A stretch of 64,000 nucleotides of DNA, taken from positions 37,545 through 101,544 of the IMG/VR virus record IMGVR_UViG_3300026097_000015. The stretch is one strand, 5' to 3'. Below the pieces are notes generated by a model. It saw only the letters and a list, made by a program, of their open reading frames with translations. It did no database searches and was not told where the DNA came from. Every line of letters starts with the position of its first letter. Within the stretch, counting starts at the first letter, position 1. Source of the DNA: a virus. The position numbers were made by a program, and so were the translations under genes. Of the stretch, positions 47,310 through 57,926 are shown piece by piece.

Positions 47310-48559
47310 TGAGTTTAGATTATAAGAATTTGGGGCAAAGTGGTGTTGCTGGTGAAGGATTAGAGAATTATTATGTATCAGTAGCTGGAGGCCCTGGAGG
47401 CAACTCTACTACTACCGCCGCCTACTCCACAGACGGAATCACCTGGGCAGAGTCAACCATGCCAGTAAGTGCAAGGTGGACATCAGTAACCTATGGAGAA
47501 GGCAAATTTATAGCAGCACCCTACTACTCCGATAACGCATTTTACTCTACCGATGGCATAACCTGGACACAAGCTACTATAGGGTTAAACTTTTACCTGT
47601 CAGCTGTAGGCTATGGAGACGGCAAGTTTGTAGCCCTAAGCCCAGCAGCCTCAACCAACGCCGCCTACTCCACCGATGGCATCACTTGGATAGCCACCAC
47701 TAAGCCAGTCTCGTACTCTAATGAGTGGTACTCTATAACATATGGAAACGGAAAGTTTTTGTCAGTAAATCAGTCGAATATTAATGGGCAGCAGCTGGGT
47801 TTCACCCTTATTTCTACAGACGGAATAACATGGACAGAATCTTCAACTAATCTACCATCAGATTTTGTATGGATAGGCGAAGCAGCTTATGGAGATGGTA
47901 AGTTCGTAACAGTAGCTACCTTTTCCTCCACTGCCGCCTACTCCACAGACGGAATTACCTGGACACAGTCCACCATGCCTACAGGTTCAGGATGGTCCTC
48001 AGTAACCTACGGAGATGGAAAATTTGTAGCAGTGGCAGGCTCCTACACCACTGCCGCCTACTCAACCGACGGTATTACATGGACACAGTCCACCCTCCCA
48101 GCAAGCGACCCATGGAAATCAGTAACCTATGGAGGCGATAAATTTGTAACAGTAGCTGGAGGAAGCGGCACCTCCACCGCCGCCGCTTACTCAACCGACG
48201 GTATTACATGGACACAGTCCACCCTCCCAGCAACTGAAAATTGGTTTTCAGTAATCCACGGAGAAAACCTTTTTAAATTATCCGAAAACAATCAATACAC
48301 AGTACCATCTACAAAAGAAGCTATCATTTCATCTATTTACATAGCAAATAATGAAACAACTTCTCAGACCTATTCTGTGGCGGTAGTTCCAAATGGTGAA
48401 ACACTATCAAACATTCACTACATTAGAAAAGATATTTCAATTGATGGAAATGACTTCCATACTATTGGTACTAAGATTACCCTTGCAGAAGGGGATCAGA
48501 TAATTACCGAGGGTACATCACTAAATGTATCTGTCAACATCTTTGGATTGGAGAAATAG
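47309..48559 (+). CDS. Seven-bladed Asp-box/BNR beta-propeller inside a beta-sandwich carrier
   Basis: Seven STDGITW repeats. Confidence 0.8.
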   Translation: MSLDYKNLGQSGVAGEGLENYYVSVAGGPGGNSTTTAAYSTDGITWAESTMPVSARWTSVTYGEGKFIAAPYYSDNAFYSTDGITWTQATIGLNFYLSAVGYGDGKFVALSPAASTNAAYSTDGITWIATTKPVSYSNEWYSITYGNGKFLSVNQSNINGQQLGFTLISTDGITWTESSTNLPSDFVWIGEAAYGDGKFVTVATFSSTAAYSTDGITWTQSTMPTGSGWSSVTYGDGKFVAVAGSYTTAAYSTDGITWTQSTLPASDPWKSVTYGGDKFVTVAGGSGTSTAAAYSTDGITWTQSTLPATENWFSVIHGENLFKLSENNQYTVPSTKEAIISSIYIANNETTSQTYSVAVVPNGETLSNIHYIRKDISIDGNDFHTIGTKITLAEGDQIITEGTSLNVSVNIFGLEK

Positions 48560-49545
48560 TGGGTTTCAAAACTTATAAGAACGGTGAAGAGGTAGGTATT
48601 TTTGATACCGCTGATATTTCCAATGTAAGTGTAGATGACTTAGAGGTTAGGGATGTTGTTAGTAATATTTTTGTTGCAGTAGCTAATGCCTCCACCGACG
48701 CCGCTTACTCCACCGACGGAATCACCTGGACAGCCATCACCATGCCAACATCTCCAGATTGGTCCTCAGTAACCTATGGAAATGGAAAGTTTGTAGCAGT
48801 ATCTACTAACGATTTTGACATCGCCGCTTACTCCACCGACGGAATCACCTGGACACAGACCACTATGCCTACAAGCAACAACTGGCAATCAGTGACCTAC
48901 GGAGATGGAAAGTTTGTGGCAGTAGTCAACTCTTACCCTTCCTCCACCGCCGCTTACTCCACCGACGGAATTACCTGGGCACAAGCTACTTTGCCAACAA
49001 GCAATGGCTGGTACTCAGTAACCTATGGAGATGGCAAGTTTGTAGCAATAGCCACCTACGGCACCGCCGCCGCCTACTCAACCGATGGCATTACCTGGAC
49101 ACAGTCTACCCTCCCAGCAAATGGATTCTGGTATTCAGTAACCCACGGAGACAATAAGTTTGTAGCAGTAGCCGAAGGCACCGCCGCTTACTCCACAGAC
49201 GGAATAACTTGGACGGGGACTACAACTACAGCAGGGGTCTGGGATTCGATAACTCACGGAAATGATAGATTTTTAGCAGTTGGGTACAACTCTTCTGCCG
49301 CATCATACTCTGATGACGGCATTACTTGGACTCAGGCAACATTGCCAGCCTCTAGAACATGGCGAGTAACCTTTGGTAATGGAAGGTATATAGCAGTTTC
49401 AGACTCTTTTTCCAGCTCCACCACCGCAGCCTACTCCACAGACGGCATTACCTGGACACAGTCCACCTTGCCATCAGGTGCAAATTGGACATCAGTAACC
49501 CACGGAGCACCATTATTAACTAAATCAATCAGAAATCTGTTTTAA
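48559..49545 (+). CDS. Seven-bladed Asp-box/BNR beta-propeller protein
   Basis: Seven YSxDGITW repeats; FKTYKNG...TKSIRNLF ends. Confidence 0.8.
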   Translation: MGFKTYKNGEEVGIFDTADISNVSVDDLEVRDVVSNIFVAVANASTDAAYSTDGITWTAITMPTSPDWSSVTYGNGKFVAVSTNDFDIAAYSTDGITWTQTTMPTSNNWQSVTYGDGKFVAVVNSYPSSTAAYSTDGITWAQATLPTSNGWYSVTYGDGKFVAIATYGTAAAYSTDGITWTQSTLPANGFWYSVTHGDNKFVAVAEGTAAYSTDGITWTGTTTTAGVWDSITHGNDRFLAVGYNSSAASYSDDGITWTQATLPASRTWRVTFGNGRYIAVSDSFSSSTTAAYSTDGITWTQSTLPSGANWTSVTHGAPLLTKSIRNLF

Positions 49546-49556
49546 CTGGGGGAATA

Positions 49557-50564
49557 TTGGTATTTAGAACTTATAAAAACGGAACAAGGCTAGCAAACTT
49601 TGATTCTTTAGAAATTGAAGATAAGCTAAGCTTAGATGATTTGCAGGTTAATGATGTTGCTACTGATATTTTTGTTGCAGTAGCCGATGCCTCTTCCACC
49701 GCCGCCTACTCCACAGATGGTATCACCTGGACACAGTCCACCCTGCCAGCAAGTACTGCCTGGAACTCAGTAACTTATGGCGACGGAAAATTTGTAGCAG
49801 TAGCGGGAGACAACTATTCCTCCGACACAGCAGCCTACTCAACCGACGCCATAACCTGGACACAGTCCACCCTCCCAGCAAGCGATAGCTTGTTCAGACT
49901 AACTTATGGAGACGGTAAATTTGTAGCAATAGCTAATGCCTCCACCGACGCCGCCTACTCCACAGACGGCATTACCTGGACACAGTCTACTCTCCCAAAT
50001 AACGGGATCTGGCATTCAGTAACTTATGGCGACGGAAAATTTGTAGCAGTAGCTGATTATCCCGCCATTGCAGCCTACTCAACAGACGGAATCACCTGGA
50101 CACAGTCCACCTTGCCAAGTTTTGGTTTTACAGCAGTAACTTATGGAGACGGTAAATTTGCAGCATTGACTACTTTTGGTTCTACCAACACCGCAGCCTA
50201 CTCCACCGACGGTATTACTTGGACACAAACTACTCTGGCAGGGGAGGTGTGGGCTTCAGTAACCTATGGAGACGGTAAGTTTGTAGCAGTATCGGGATTA
50301 AGTAGCACCTCGTCCACCGCCGCCTACTCCACAGATGGTATCACCTGGACACAAACCACTCTACCAGCAAGTGAGAGCTGGTACTCAGTAATCTATGGAA
50401 CCGACAGGTTTGTAGCAGTAGCCAGTAACGCACTTTACGCCAACGCCGCCTACTCTACCGATGGCATCACTTGGACACAGTCTACTTCGACCCCAAGTGC
50501 TGCCTGGCGATCAGTAACTTACGGGTCATCACTATTCACTAAATCAATCAGAGAACTATTCTAA
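49557..50564 (+). CDS. Seven-bladed Asp-box/BNR beta-propeller protein
   Basis: Seven YSTDxITW repeats; FRTYKNG...TKSIRELF ends. Confidence 0.8.
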   Translation: MVFRTYKNGTRLANFDSLEIEDKLSLDDLQVNDVATDIFVAVADASSTAAYSTDGITWTQSTLPASTAWNSVTYGDGKFVAVAGDNYSSDTAAYSTDAITWTQSTLPASDSLFRLTYGDGKFVAIANASTDAAYSTDGITWTQSTLPNNGIWHSVTYGDGKFVAVADYPAIAAYSTDGITWTQSTLPSFGFTAVTYGDGKFAALTTFGSTNTAAYSTDGITWTQTTLAGEVWASVTYGDGKFVAVSGLSSTSSTAAYSTDGITWTQTTLPASESWYSVIYGTDRFVAVASNALYANAAYSTDGITWTQSTSTPSAAWRSVTYGSSLFTKSIRELF

Positions 50565-50593
50565 TCTGATATAATTAAACAAAAGGAGAGAAT

Positions 50594-50920
50594 ATGTATA
50601 CATACACAGTAAATGATGCAAATACAGTAGAAGTATTTGCTGAAGGTCAGGAAGCACCAATGCTTCGTCAGCCACACTATCCAAACCAGGACGCTTTTGA
50701 CACAAAGGCAGAAGCAGAAGAATGGGCACAGCTATTCATTGCATCAATGGAAGATGAAGCTGCACCATATGCCCCAATTGGCAAGGGTATTGCTGGTGAG
50801 CCAAAGCCAACTAAAGAAGATATGCTTGCAAGGCTAAAAGAGCAAGCAGAGCAGTACGGAGATGACGTACCAGCTCGTCTATCAGAAAGAATTGCTGAAC
50901 TAGAAGCAGAGCTTTCTTAA
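50594..50920 (+). CDS. Hypothetical protein, possibly fibre assembly
   Basis: Own promoter and AGGAG SD; QPHYPN...AEAEEWA. Confidence 0.65.
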   Translation: MYTYTVNDANTVEVFAEGQEAPMLRQPHYPNQDAFDTKAEAEEWAQLFIASMEDEAAPYAPIGKGIAGEPKPTKEDMLARLKEQAEQYGDDVPARLSERIAELEAELS

Positions 50921-50998
50921 TTTAATTAAATCAGTTTACGGAGTCACTAGACAGTGACTCCGTTTTCTGTTATAATAAATGTAAAAGATTGGCAGGGT

Positions 50999-51658
50999 AT
51001 GGAACATTACGATGTATTAATAGCTACCCCTGGGCACAGCCTAGAGGCACAGTATGTACAAAGTTTATTAGAAACAACAGCAGAATTAAATAATCAAGGT
51101 ATATCTTATAAATGGCTAAACGCCTATTCTTCTCTAGTTCATAATGCAAGAGAAATGACAGCTACTGGCGGTATTGATAGAAATCTTAATCCCCTAGATG
51201 CAGGACCCCTAGGAGATAAAGTAACATACAATAAAATATTTTGGATTGATTCAGATATTTCCTGGACCCCAGAAGATTTTATAAAGCTGTATGAATCAGA
51301 ATATGATGTCGTAACAGGTGCATACCTTTTGGCTGATGGAACTACTACATCAGTTCATGAATGGGGTGTTGTTGGCGGTATGCCAAAAGAAAGAATCATG
51401 TCCTTAGAAGAGCCTCTTAAAATTCAAAGTATGGGATTTGGATTTGCCGCCATAAAAGCAGGGGTATTTGAAAAGCTAGAAAGACCATGGTTTGGTCACT
51501 ATACACAACAAATACAATTGCCAAATGGCAAAATTATGGACACATATCTAGGAGAAGACATCTCTTGGTGTGTCAATGCATATAAAGCGGGTATTGAAAT
51601 TTATCTAGACCCAACAGTATTAGTAGGACATATGAAGAAGGTAAAAATCGAATGGTAG
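50999..51658 (+). CDS. Glycosyltransferase, GT-A fold
   Basis: LIATPG, SLVHNARE, FWIDSDI, GFGF..IK.GVFE, GEDISWC, DPTV.VGH.K. Confidence 0.85.
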   Translation: MEHYDVLIATPGHSLEAQYVQSLLETTAELNNQGISYKWLNAYSSLVHNAREMTATGGIDRNLNPLDAGPLGDKVTYNKIFWIDSDISWTPEDFIKLYESEYDVVTGAYLLADGTTTSVHEWGVVGGMPKERIMSLEEPLKIQSMGFGFAAIKAGVFEKLERPWFGHYTQQIQLPNGKIMDTYLGEDISWCVNAYKAGIEIYLDPTVLVGHMKKVKIEW

Positions 51659-52473
51659 ACAAAAAATATTATTTTATGGGAGGATTGCCAAGATCTGGTA
51701 GCACTCTTTTGGCATCAATCTTAAATCAAAATCCAGATATTTATGTATCTGCTCAATCACCTCTGCCCAATATGTTGGGGGCAGCGTATAATCAATATCA
51801 AAGTAAAGAAAATCTAGACTCAAGTAGATTTGATGATATCTATAATGTAGTAGATAACGTTATACCGCTTTTCTATGAGAAGCACCCAGAGAAATACATT
51901 ATTGACAAAAACTTTTCTTGGCTAGAGCCACACCCATATGTAATTCTAGAGAATCATCTTAAAAATGATATTCGTGTTATCTGTCCAGTTCGTAATGTGA
52001 TGGATATTCTAGCTTCTTGGAATAGGCTTTGTGAGGCAGACCCAAATAATGAATATGACAAAATTATCATAAAGGGAGATAAGAGTAAAAGAGCAATTGC
52101 TGATAAAAGGGCAGACTTTTTTATGAATATGAATAATGAAGAAATGACGGGTATTCTAAACGGCATTGAAAATCTTAAAAGAATTCTATACCCACAATTT
52201 AAAGACAACATCATGCTTGTAGATTATGATGACTTAATGTCAGACACCCCAGGTACAATCAAAAAGGTATACGACTTTTTAGGCATTGAACACTTTGACC
52301 ACACCTTTGAAAACATGAAAACAACTCACGAATATAAAGATATCTGGGGTGTAAAAGGTCACCACGAAATTAAGCCCACTATTCAAAAAGAAGAATATGA
52401 CCTAGAGTCAATCTTCTCTAAGCAAACAATTGAAAAGTATTCAGGTCTAGAATTTTGGAAGGGTATTAAATGA
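51652..52473 (+). CDS. Sulfotransferase
   Basis: 5'-PSB loop GLPRSGSTLL..ILNQNP; 3'-PB VRN..DILAS; YDDL...P. Confidence 0.9.
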   Translation: MVDKKYYFMGGLPRSGSTLLASILNQNPDIYVSAQSPLPNMLGAAYNQYQSKENLDSSRFDDIYNVVDNVIPLFYEKHPEKYIIDKNFSWLEPHPYVILENHLKNDIRVICPVRNVMDILASWNRLCEADPNNEYDKIIIKGDKSKRAIADKRADFFMNMNNEEMTGILNGIENLKRILYPQFKDNIMLVDYDDLMSDTPGTIKKVYDFLGIEHFDHTFENMKTTHEYKDIWGVKGHHEIKPTIQKEEYDLESIFSKQTIEKYSGLEFWKGIK

Positions 52474-53219
52474 TTATCCAAATCATAGGACTACCAGGTA
52501 CAGGTAAGACTGCCTTAGCAAAAGAGCTATGCAGAAGAACAGATGCTATTCATTTGAATGCAGATGATGTGCGTGCTGATTTAAATAAAGACCTTGGATT
52601 TTCTGTAGAGGACAGGGTAGAGCAGGCTAGAAGAATGGGGGCATTATCTAGACTTCTATCTAATCAAGGGAAGCTTGTGGTTGTAGACTTTGTAAATCCA
52701 ACACAAGAAACCAGGGAAGCCTTTGGTAATGCAGATAGAATTATCTGGGTTAACAGAATTGAAAGCGGTAGGTTTGAAGATACAAACAATCTATGGGAAG
52801 ACCCAAAGCGTCACGACCTTCAAATCTTTGCTGGTTTAACTATTGAAGAAGAAGCAATGGAAGTCTTAAAAGCTTTTAACATTCATGATTGGACTGAGCC
52901 AACTACCTTGCAATTAGGCAGGTATCAGCCATGGCATGAGGGTCATAGTGCACTGTATGATGCAGGACTAGAAAGAACTTCACAGGTTTTAGTAGGTGTA
53001 CGTAATACCGAGGGCACATCAGAAAAGGACCCAATGGGATATTCAGAAGTAGAGTCTTACATTCGTAAAGATAGGCCAAATGCTCTAATTATGAAACTAC
53101 CAAATATCACAAATATTATCTATGGACGTGATGTGGGATATAAGATTGAAAAGGTAGAACTATCTCAAGAACTACAATCTATTTCAGCTACACAAAAGCG
53201 TAAAGAGATGGGTATTTAG
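52470..53219 (+). CDS. cysC: APS kinase-like domain fused to HxGH nucleotidyltransferase domain
   Basis: GLPGTGKT, NADDVR..LNKDLGFS.EDRVEQARR; C-terminal GRYQPWHEGH and ISATQKR. Confidence 0.75.
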   Translation: MIIQIIGLPGTGKTALAKELCRRTDAIHLNADDVRADLNKDLGFSVEDRVEQARRMGALSRLLSNQGKLVVVDFVNPTQETREAFGNADRIIWVNRIESGRFEDTNNLWEDPKRHDLQIFAGLTIEEEAMEVLKAFNIHDWTEPTTLQLGRYQPWHEGHSALYDAGLERTSQVLVGVRNTEGTSEKDPMGYSEVESYIRKDRPNALIMKLPNITNIIYGRDVGYKIEKVELSQELQSISATQKRKEMGI

Positions 53220-53425
53220 TGGAAGCGACAAAATCTAGAAGTGCTGCAAAAGCCATTACCTGGAGAATAACAGGAACCCTAGATACCTTTTTGATTGCTT
53301 GGCTAATTACCAGAGAACCATTAATTGCAAGTAGTATTGCTGTTTTAGAAGTAATAACTAAAACAGTTTTGTATTATTTGCACGAAAGAGGATGGAATAG
53401 AATTTCCTGGGGTAGGGAAAAATAA
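53219..53425 (+). CDS. DUF2061-like small membrane protein
   Basis: RS.AKAITWR..GT.DT...K.VLYYLHERGW. Confidence 0.85.
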   Translation: MEATKSRSAAKAITWRITGTLDTFLIAWLITREPLIASSIAVLEVITKTVLYYLHERGWNRISWGREK

Positions 53426-53439
53426 AAAAGGAGAGACAA

Positions 53440-53826
53440 ATGAGCAACCCAAACATTACAATTACAGGTAGACTAGCTGCAGATCCAGAATATAGAGATT
53501 TTGGCTCAAACAATGTTGCTAAGTTTAGAGTTATAACATCAGACCGTCGTAGAAAAGACGATGGTACATGGGAAGATATCAATACATCTGGCTGGAAAAT
53601 TTCTGCATGGAATAATCTAGCAACATCTTGTAAAAATATTTTGCAAAAGGGACAAGAGGTTATCGTAACTGGGGTAATCAATGAAGATTCCTGGGAAGAC
53701 AAAGAGGGTAACTCTAGAAAATCGGTAGAAGTAAAGGCATCTATGATTGCTGTATCTACATATGCAATTCAAAAATCAGCTTCAAGAAGTCAAGACACCA
53801 CCTTTGACCCAGAAGAAGTTTTTTAA
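53440..53826 (+). CDS. ssb: Single-stranded DNA-binding protein
   Basis: ITGRL.ADPE, W..LA....L.KGQ.V.V.G, WEDKEG..R. Confidence 0.9.
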   Translation: MSNPNITITGRLAADPEYRDFGSNNVAKFRVITSDRRRKDDGTWEDINTSGWKISAWNNLATSCKNILQKGQEVIVTGVINEDSWEDKEGNSRKSVEVKASMIAVSTYAIQKSASRSQDTTFDPEEVF

Positions 53827-53861
53827 AGCACTTATTATGCTAAAATAGACATGGAGAAACT

Positions 53862-56800
53862 ATGTCTAACCCTTCTAATCTATATGCAGAAAAAGTTTTT
53901 GCTGAACATCCTCTCGCCCTTTGGGCACTAGATGATCAGTCGGATTATATTTCCCTAATTTCTGAAGCCCAAAGAGATTACACAACCTGGTCTATTTCTG
54001 GCGGAACTATCTCCGAAGAAGTGCAGCCAGTCGATGCTCCCTTTACAGATAGTTTTGTGGCAAAGGCGTTGGGAGACGTAGAGCCATCTCCAGGGTATGG
54101 GCAGATAGTCTTAACTAGCCCAAACATAATAAATATTAACGAATTAAACTCAACCTATGAAACATTCTCGATAGGTGCATACTTTTATTCCGATAATGCT
54201 CTAATATCTTCTTTGCAAGTAGGTTATCAATATTATGACCCTGAGCTAGAGCAGTATGTGCTTATAGATGATACTGTGGAAAACAGGGCAGCTGGAATTG
54301 ACCCAACAATGAAGATTTCTAATATTTCTGTTGGAAACGCCTGGGTCTTTATTTCTGAAACGTTTACCGCACCAGTAGAATCTGGAAGCATACAACTTGT
54401 ACTCAAGATAGACTATTTGGGCGGAGCCTCGTCGTCAGAAGAAAATAGGTTCTACATTAACGGTGTCAGCTTTGGGCAATGGTCAGAGGAGTTTTCGGCC
54501 ACATCTTTAGGACAAGAGCCTATAGACTTGCCGTCAGATATTGCATTGCCAGAATCAAAGGTGGTAAAAGCCGATGCGTATGGACTTCAAGAAAATCCAG
54601 GCTACTACTTCGTAAAAGATAATTTCTTTATGGCAAGGAACGCAGGTATACCTCTTGTTTATGGTGCCCCTAGCGTAACAACCATATTTGACAATGACGA
54701 CCTTCCATCACTTATTATACCTGGGCTAGGCATGCTAAACGAGGTGGGTAGATTTAAAGAATACACCCTAGAGATGTGGCTAAGGGTAAACCCAGAAACA
54801 ACAGAGTATAGGCGTATTTTCGGCCCTATCGCATCTGAGGATGGTCTGTATGTAAACGGCCCCTTCTTAACATTAAAAGTGGGGGATAACATCGCATCTC
54901 ATTATGTGGGGGAATGGTTTAGACCAATGCTTTTGCATATTGAAGTAATCCAAGATTCTGTAAGTATGCTCGTAAATGGAGAGCAGGTATTTTCTACAGA
55001 AATTGATACAGCAAGTCTTGACTTACCCTCTGAGTTTAACGGCGAAGGCAAGAATCAGGACTGGCTAGGTTTCTACGGACATAGCGACGTATATCCAATA
55101 GACATTGAGTCTATAGCAATCTACCCATATCAAGTGCCCTCTATACTAGCAAAGAGAAGATGGGTGTTTGGACAAGGTGTAGAATTCCCAGAAAACATCA
55201 ACTCTTCTTATAGTGGAACATCTGTTTTGATAGACTATCCATTTGCTAATTATGCAAACAACTACAACTATCCAGATCTGGGTAGATGGGAACAGGGCGT
55301 GGTAGAAAACTTAGATACAGATGGCGATAGACTATCATCTCCAGAATATGATTTACCAGAAATTGTTTTTGACAATAAGATATCAGAAGAATGGTTTTCT
55401 GATATTGAAGCAGTTCAAGATGAAAATGATGCCTTCATAACATTATTTCCAAATAATGGCTGGGACAATACAAACGGATACCTATTTCTTAATAATTTTA
55501 ACTTTTTGCTTAATGGAACTAGAGCATTTTACTCTACTTTTAAAGAAGAAAGTGTTGCTGAATGGGAAAGTCAAAATCCAGAATCAGGAGAATATCCCTA
55601 TAACCTACAAACATTAATATATATACAGGATAAGCTCACAAATAACTTTTTTGAAACAAGGATAAATATATCCACAAATAGCATTGAGTATTGCATTGGG
55701 TATGATGGAGAGATCGAGGTGATTCATACAACCCCCAGACAAACTGCTGAAGAAGATTTTGTTACAGGTTTAGATGTAAGAAAAGCTTCAGATTTTTTTG
55801 GAGGAAGGCTGGCCGCTCTTTTTGGAAAAGTATCTTCACTTTCTATGTATCTTGGAGGTAGGCCAGATTTTACTCAAACATTTAGAGGTAAGATATATAA
55901 TTTGGGGCTTGCAACTGAGAAAAACATTCAGACAATTCTAAATATTTTTGACGAGTCTGGAATTCCTCTAAACTCCGAAGATGTTTTTGAGCTGTTCCAG
56001 CAACAAGATACTGTTGAGTATGACGGAGGAGATAGCTATTTCGGGAATAACCCTTCATTCTTTGATGTCATTATTGACGGGGGAGACCCACAAACCTTAA
56101 CAGCCTCTACCCCAGTCTCAAAGATCTCAGCTCATCTAGCAAGTTATTTGTTTATGCCAAGATTCCACTTTGGAAAATATAAATTTGATGTCAATATACA
56201 GTCTTCTTGGGAAGATTATGTGCCACTCTCTTATTTTGGGAAGTATGTTGTAGATGAGCAAGGGTTAAGCTATTATGATCTTGACTTTATCCAATTCAAC
56301 GTAGACTATCCATTTTTTGAGATAGTTTCTGGAGACAATTATGATACTTCTAATAATAATGTGCGAACATATATCTCTTTTCAATACCTTGCAAATGGAG
56401 CGAATGCAACTCTAGGTAGCCTTAAAAATTTTTATGGTGCCCCTGAAAGCGGAATTATACAGCCAGGACCAGATTGGATGAACGCCAGATACGAGGTTGT
56501 TGACGGAACAGTTCTATACCTTCCCAAGGGCGTATCCTTTGATGATCTAGCACTTGTAGTTTACTTAGAAATGGGTGTAGAGGGTGCGTCTAACACGCCA
56601 ATATCAATTAGATCATTAAAACTTAGCTCTCAGTCTCTAAGCACATCTTCTCCAACACCAATAGGAAGCAGGTTCGGAGTTCCCATCTACCCCTTTAAAA
56701 AATCGGGAGTATACTTTAATTACAAGTCTCAAAACCCATACGCTATTTATAAAGATAGCACTCCATACTTGTATTTAACTCGGAATAGTGGAATTCAGGT

Positions 56801-57518
56801 CAAGGGTGATTTTGATGAAAATATTAGTCGTGGATTATCAATTCCAGTAAATCAGGGTCTTTCTGGAGATTATAGGGTGATTGCTGCACAAATGTCTATG
56901 AGATATGATAAGGATCAGTTTCCATCAGAAAAAACCGAATTATTTGAAATACAAAGTAATAACCAGTATATTAAATTTTATATTGAGCCAGTTGGGTCAA
57001 GCAGAAAAAGAGCAAAAATAATTGCCTTTAATGCAACTACAAACTCTCTAGAAAGAGGAATATCCTTTTACTGGAACGGAAAACTTGTTCGTAATCCAGT
57101 ATTAACCGCAAAGGAGTGGGGAATGCTAGGTATAGGATTTGCTAAAACTCTTAACTTTGATAATTTTGCAGGAGCAATTAGACTAACTGGGCCAGTAGTG
57201 TTTAATAATATATCTCACTACCAATCAACAAATTTGCAAGAAGTTCAAAATATTGCCACTAGATCATGGCTAAGAGTAAAATATCTAGGAGTTTCAGAAT
57301 TAGACTGGGGATTCTGGGAATCAGCTTATACATGGGAGGATGTCTTAGTCGTTGCATCTACGAGCTACTATGGCGTAGATCCTGGAGATATTTATGAAAC
57401 ATATACAGGCACAAACAAGTTTATAATTGATGATTCTAGAAAATTTAGACTAAGCGAGTACGAATATACATATAGAAACGACATTGTTGTACAGAGCCGT
57501 ACCATAACACCAGTTTGA
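53862..57518 (+). CDS. Large virion structural protein (1218 aa) with LamG-like segments
   Basis: HPLALWALDD, YTLEMW, LVNGE; acidic and beta-rich; upstream of portal. Confidence 0.7.
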   Translation: MSNPSNLYAEKVFAEHPLALWALDDQSDYISLISEAQRDYTTWSISGGTISEEVQPVDAPFTDSFVAKALGDVEPSPGYGQIVLTSPNIININELNSTYETFSIGAYFYSDNALISSLQVGYQYYDPELEQYVLIDDTVENRAAGIDPTMKISNISVGNAWVFISETFTAPVESGSIQLVLKIDYLGGASSSEENRFYINGVSFGQWSEEFSATSLGQEPIDLPSDIALPESKVVKADAYGLQENPGYYFVKDNFFMARNAGIPLVYGAPSVTTIFDNDDLPSLIIPGLGMLNEVGRFKEYTLEMWLRVNPETTEYRRIFGPIASEDGLYVNGPFLTLKVGDNIASHYVGEWFRPMLLHIEVIQDSVSMLVNGEQVFSTEIDTASLDLPSEFNGEGKNQDWLGFYGHSDVYPIDIESIAIYPYQVPSILAKRRWVFGQGVEFPENINSSYSGTSVLIDYPFANYANNYNYPDLGRWEQGVVENLDTDGDRLSSPEYDLPEIVFDNKISEEWFSDIEAVQDENDAFITLFPNNGWDNTNGYLFLNNFNFLLNGTRAFYSTFKEESVAEWESQNPESGEYPYNLQTLIYIQDKLTNNFFETRINISTNSIEYCIGYDGEIEVIHTTPRQTAEEDFVTGLDVRKASDFFGGRLAALFGKVSSLSMYLGGRPDFTQTFRGKIYNLGLATEKNIQTILNIFDESGIPLNSEDVFELFQQQDTVEYDGGDSYFGNNPSFFDVIIDGGDPQTLTASTPVSKISAHLASYLFMPRFHFGKYKFDVNIQSSWEDYVPLSYFGKYVVDEQGLSYYDLDFIQFNVDYPFFEIVSGDNYDTSNNNVRTYISFQYLANGANATLGSLKNFYGAPESGIIQPGPDWMNARYEVVDGTVLYLPKGVSFDDLALVVYLEMGVEGASNTPISIRSLKLSSQSLSTSSPTPIGSRFGVPIYPFKKSGVYFNYKSQNPYAIYKDSTPYLYLTRNSGIQVKGDFDENISRGLSIPVNQGLSGDYRVIAAQMSMRYDKDQFPSEKTELFEIQSNNQYIKFYIEPVGSSRKRAKIIAFNATTNSLERGISFYWNGKLVRNPVLTAKEWGMLGIGFAKTLNFDNFAGAIRLTGPVVFNNISHYQSTNLQEVQNIATRSWLRVKYLGVSELDWGFWESAYTWEDVLVVASTSYYGVDPGDIYETYTGTNKFIIDDSRKFRLSEYEYTYRNDIVVQSRTITPV

Positions 57519-57536
57519 TGTGGTATAATGGTTACC

Positions 57537-57926
57537 ATGAGTAACAAATCCAAAAAACTAAAAGGTCAAAGAATGCCTGGACAGGTTGGCGATGCCACCA
57601 TAACTATGATGGATAAGCAGTACACATGGGGTGTATATGTTTGGATTAAGTCAAATGGCAAACCATTTACAGACGGGAATCAGAACGTACTGAACATCCC
57701 CTCGCACAGAGGTGACCAAGTTCAGATTGAGAAACTCCGCAAAGAGGCAGAGTATTTAGGAGAAGGCGACGGTAGGGCAGAATTCTATGCTGGTGTCGCA
57801 AGAGTAAGTGATGAAGAATACTCAGAGCAGGTAGACAGAATGAAAAATGGAGAATTGCTCCTTAACGACCTCGGTGCAGTAATTGATGCAAAGAAAACTT
57901 TTGACAAATATGGGAGCGATGAGTAA
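57537..57926 (+). CDS. Hypothetical protein preceding portal
   Basis: ATG 7 nt after TGGTATAAT. Confidence 0.75.
   Translation: MSNKSKKLKGQRMPGQVGDATITMMDKQYTWGVYVWIKSNGKPFTDGNQNVLNIPSHRGDQVQIEKLRKEAEYLGEGDGRAEFYAGVARVSDEEYSEQVDRMKNGELLLNDLGAVIDAKKTFDKYGSDE

Noticed and set aside
45638-50564. Diversity-generating retroelement (Mtd-like N-terminus, repeated DNA)
   Set aside because: No reverse transcriptase and no TR/VR pair with adenine-specific differences in the window; the repeats are coding propeller blades
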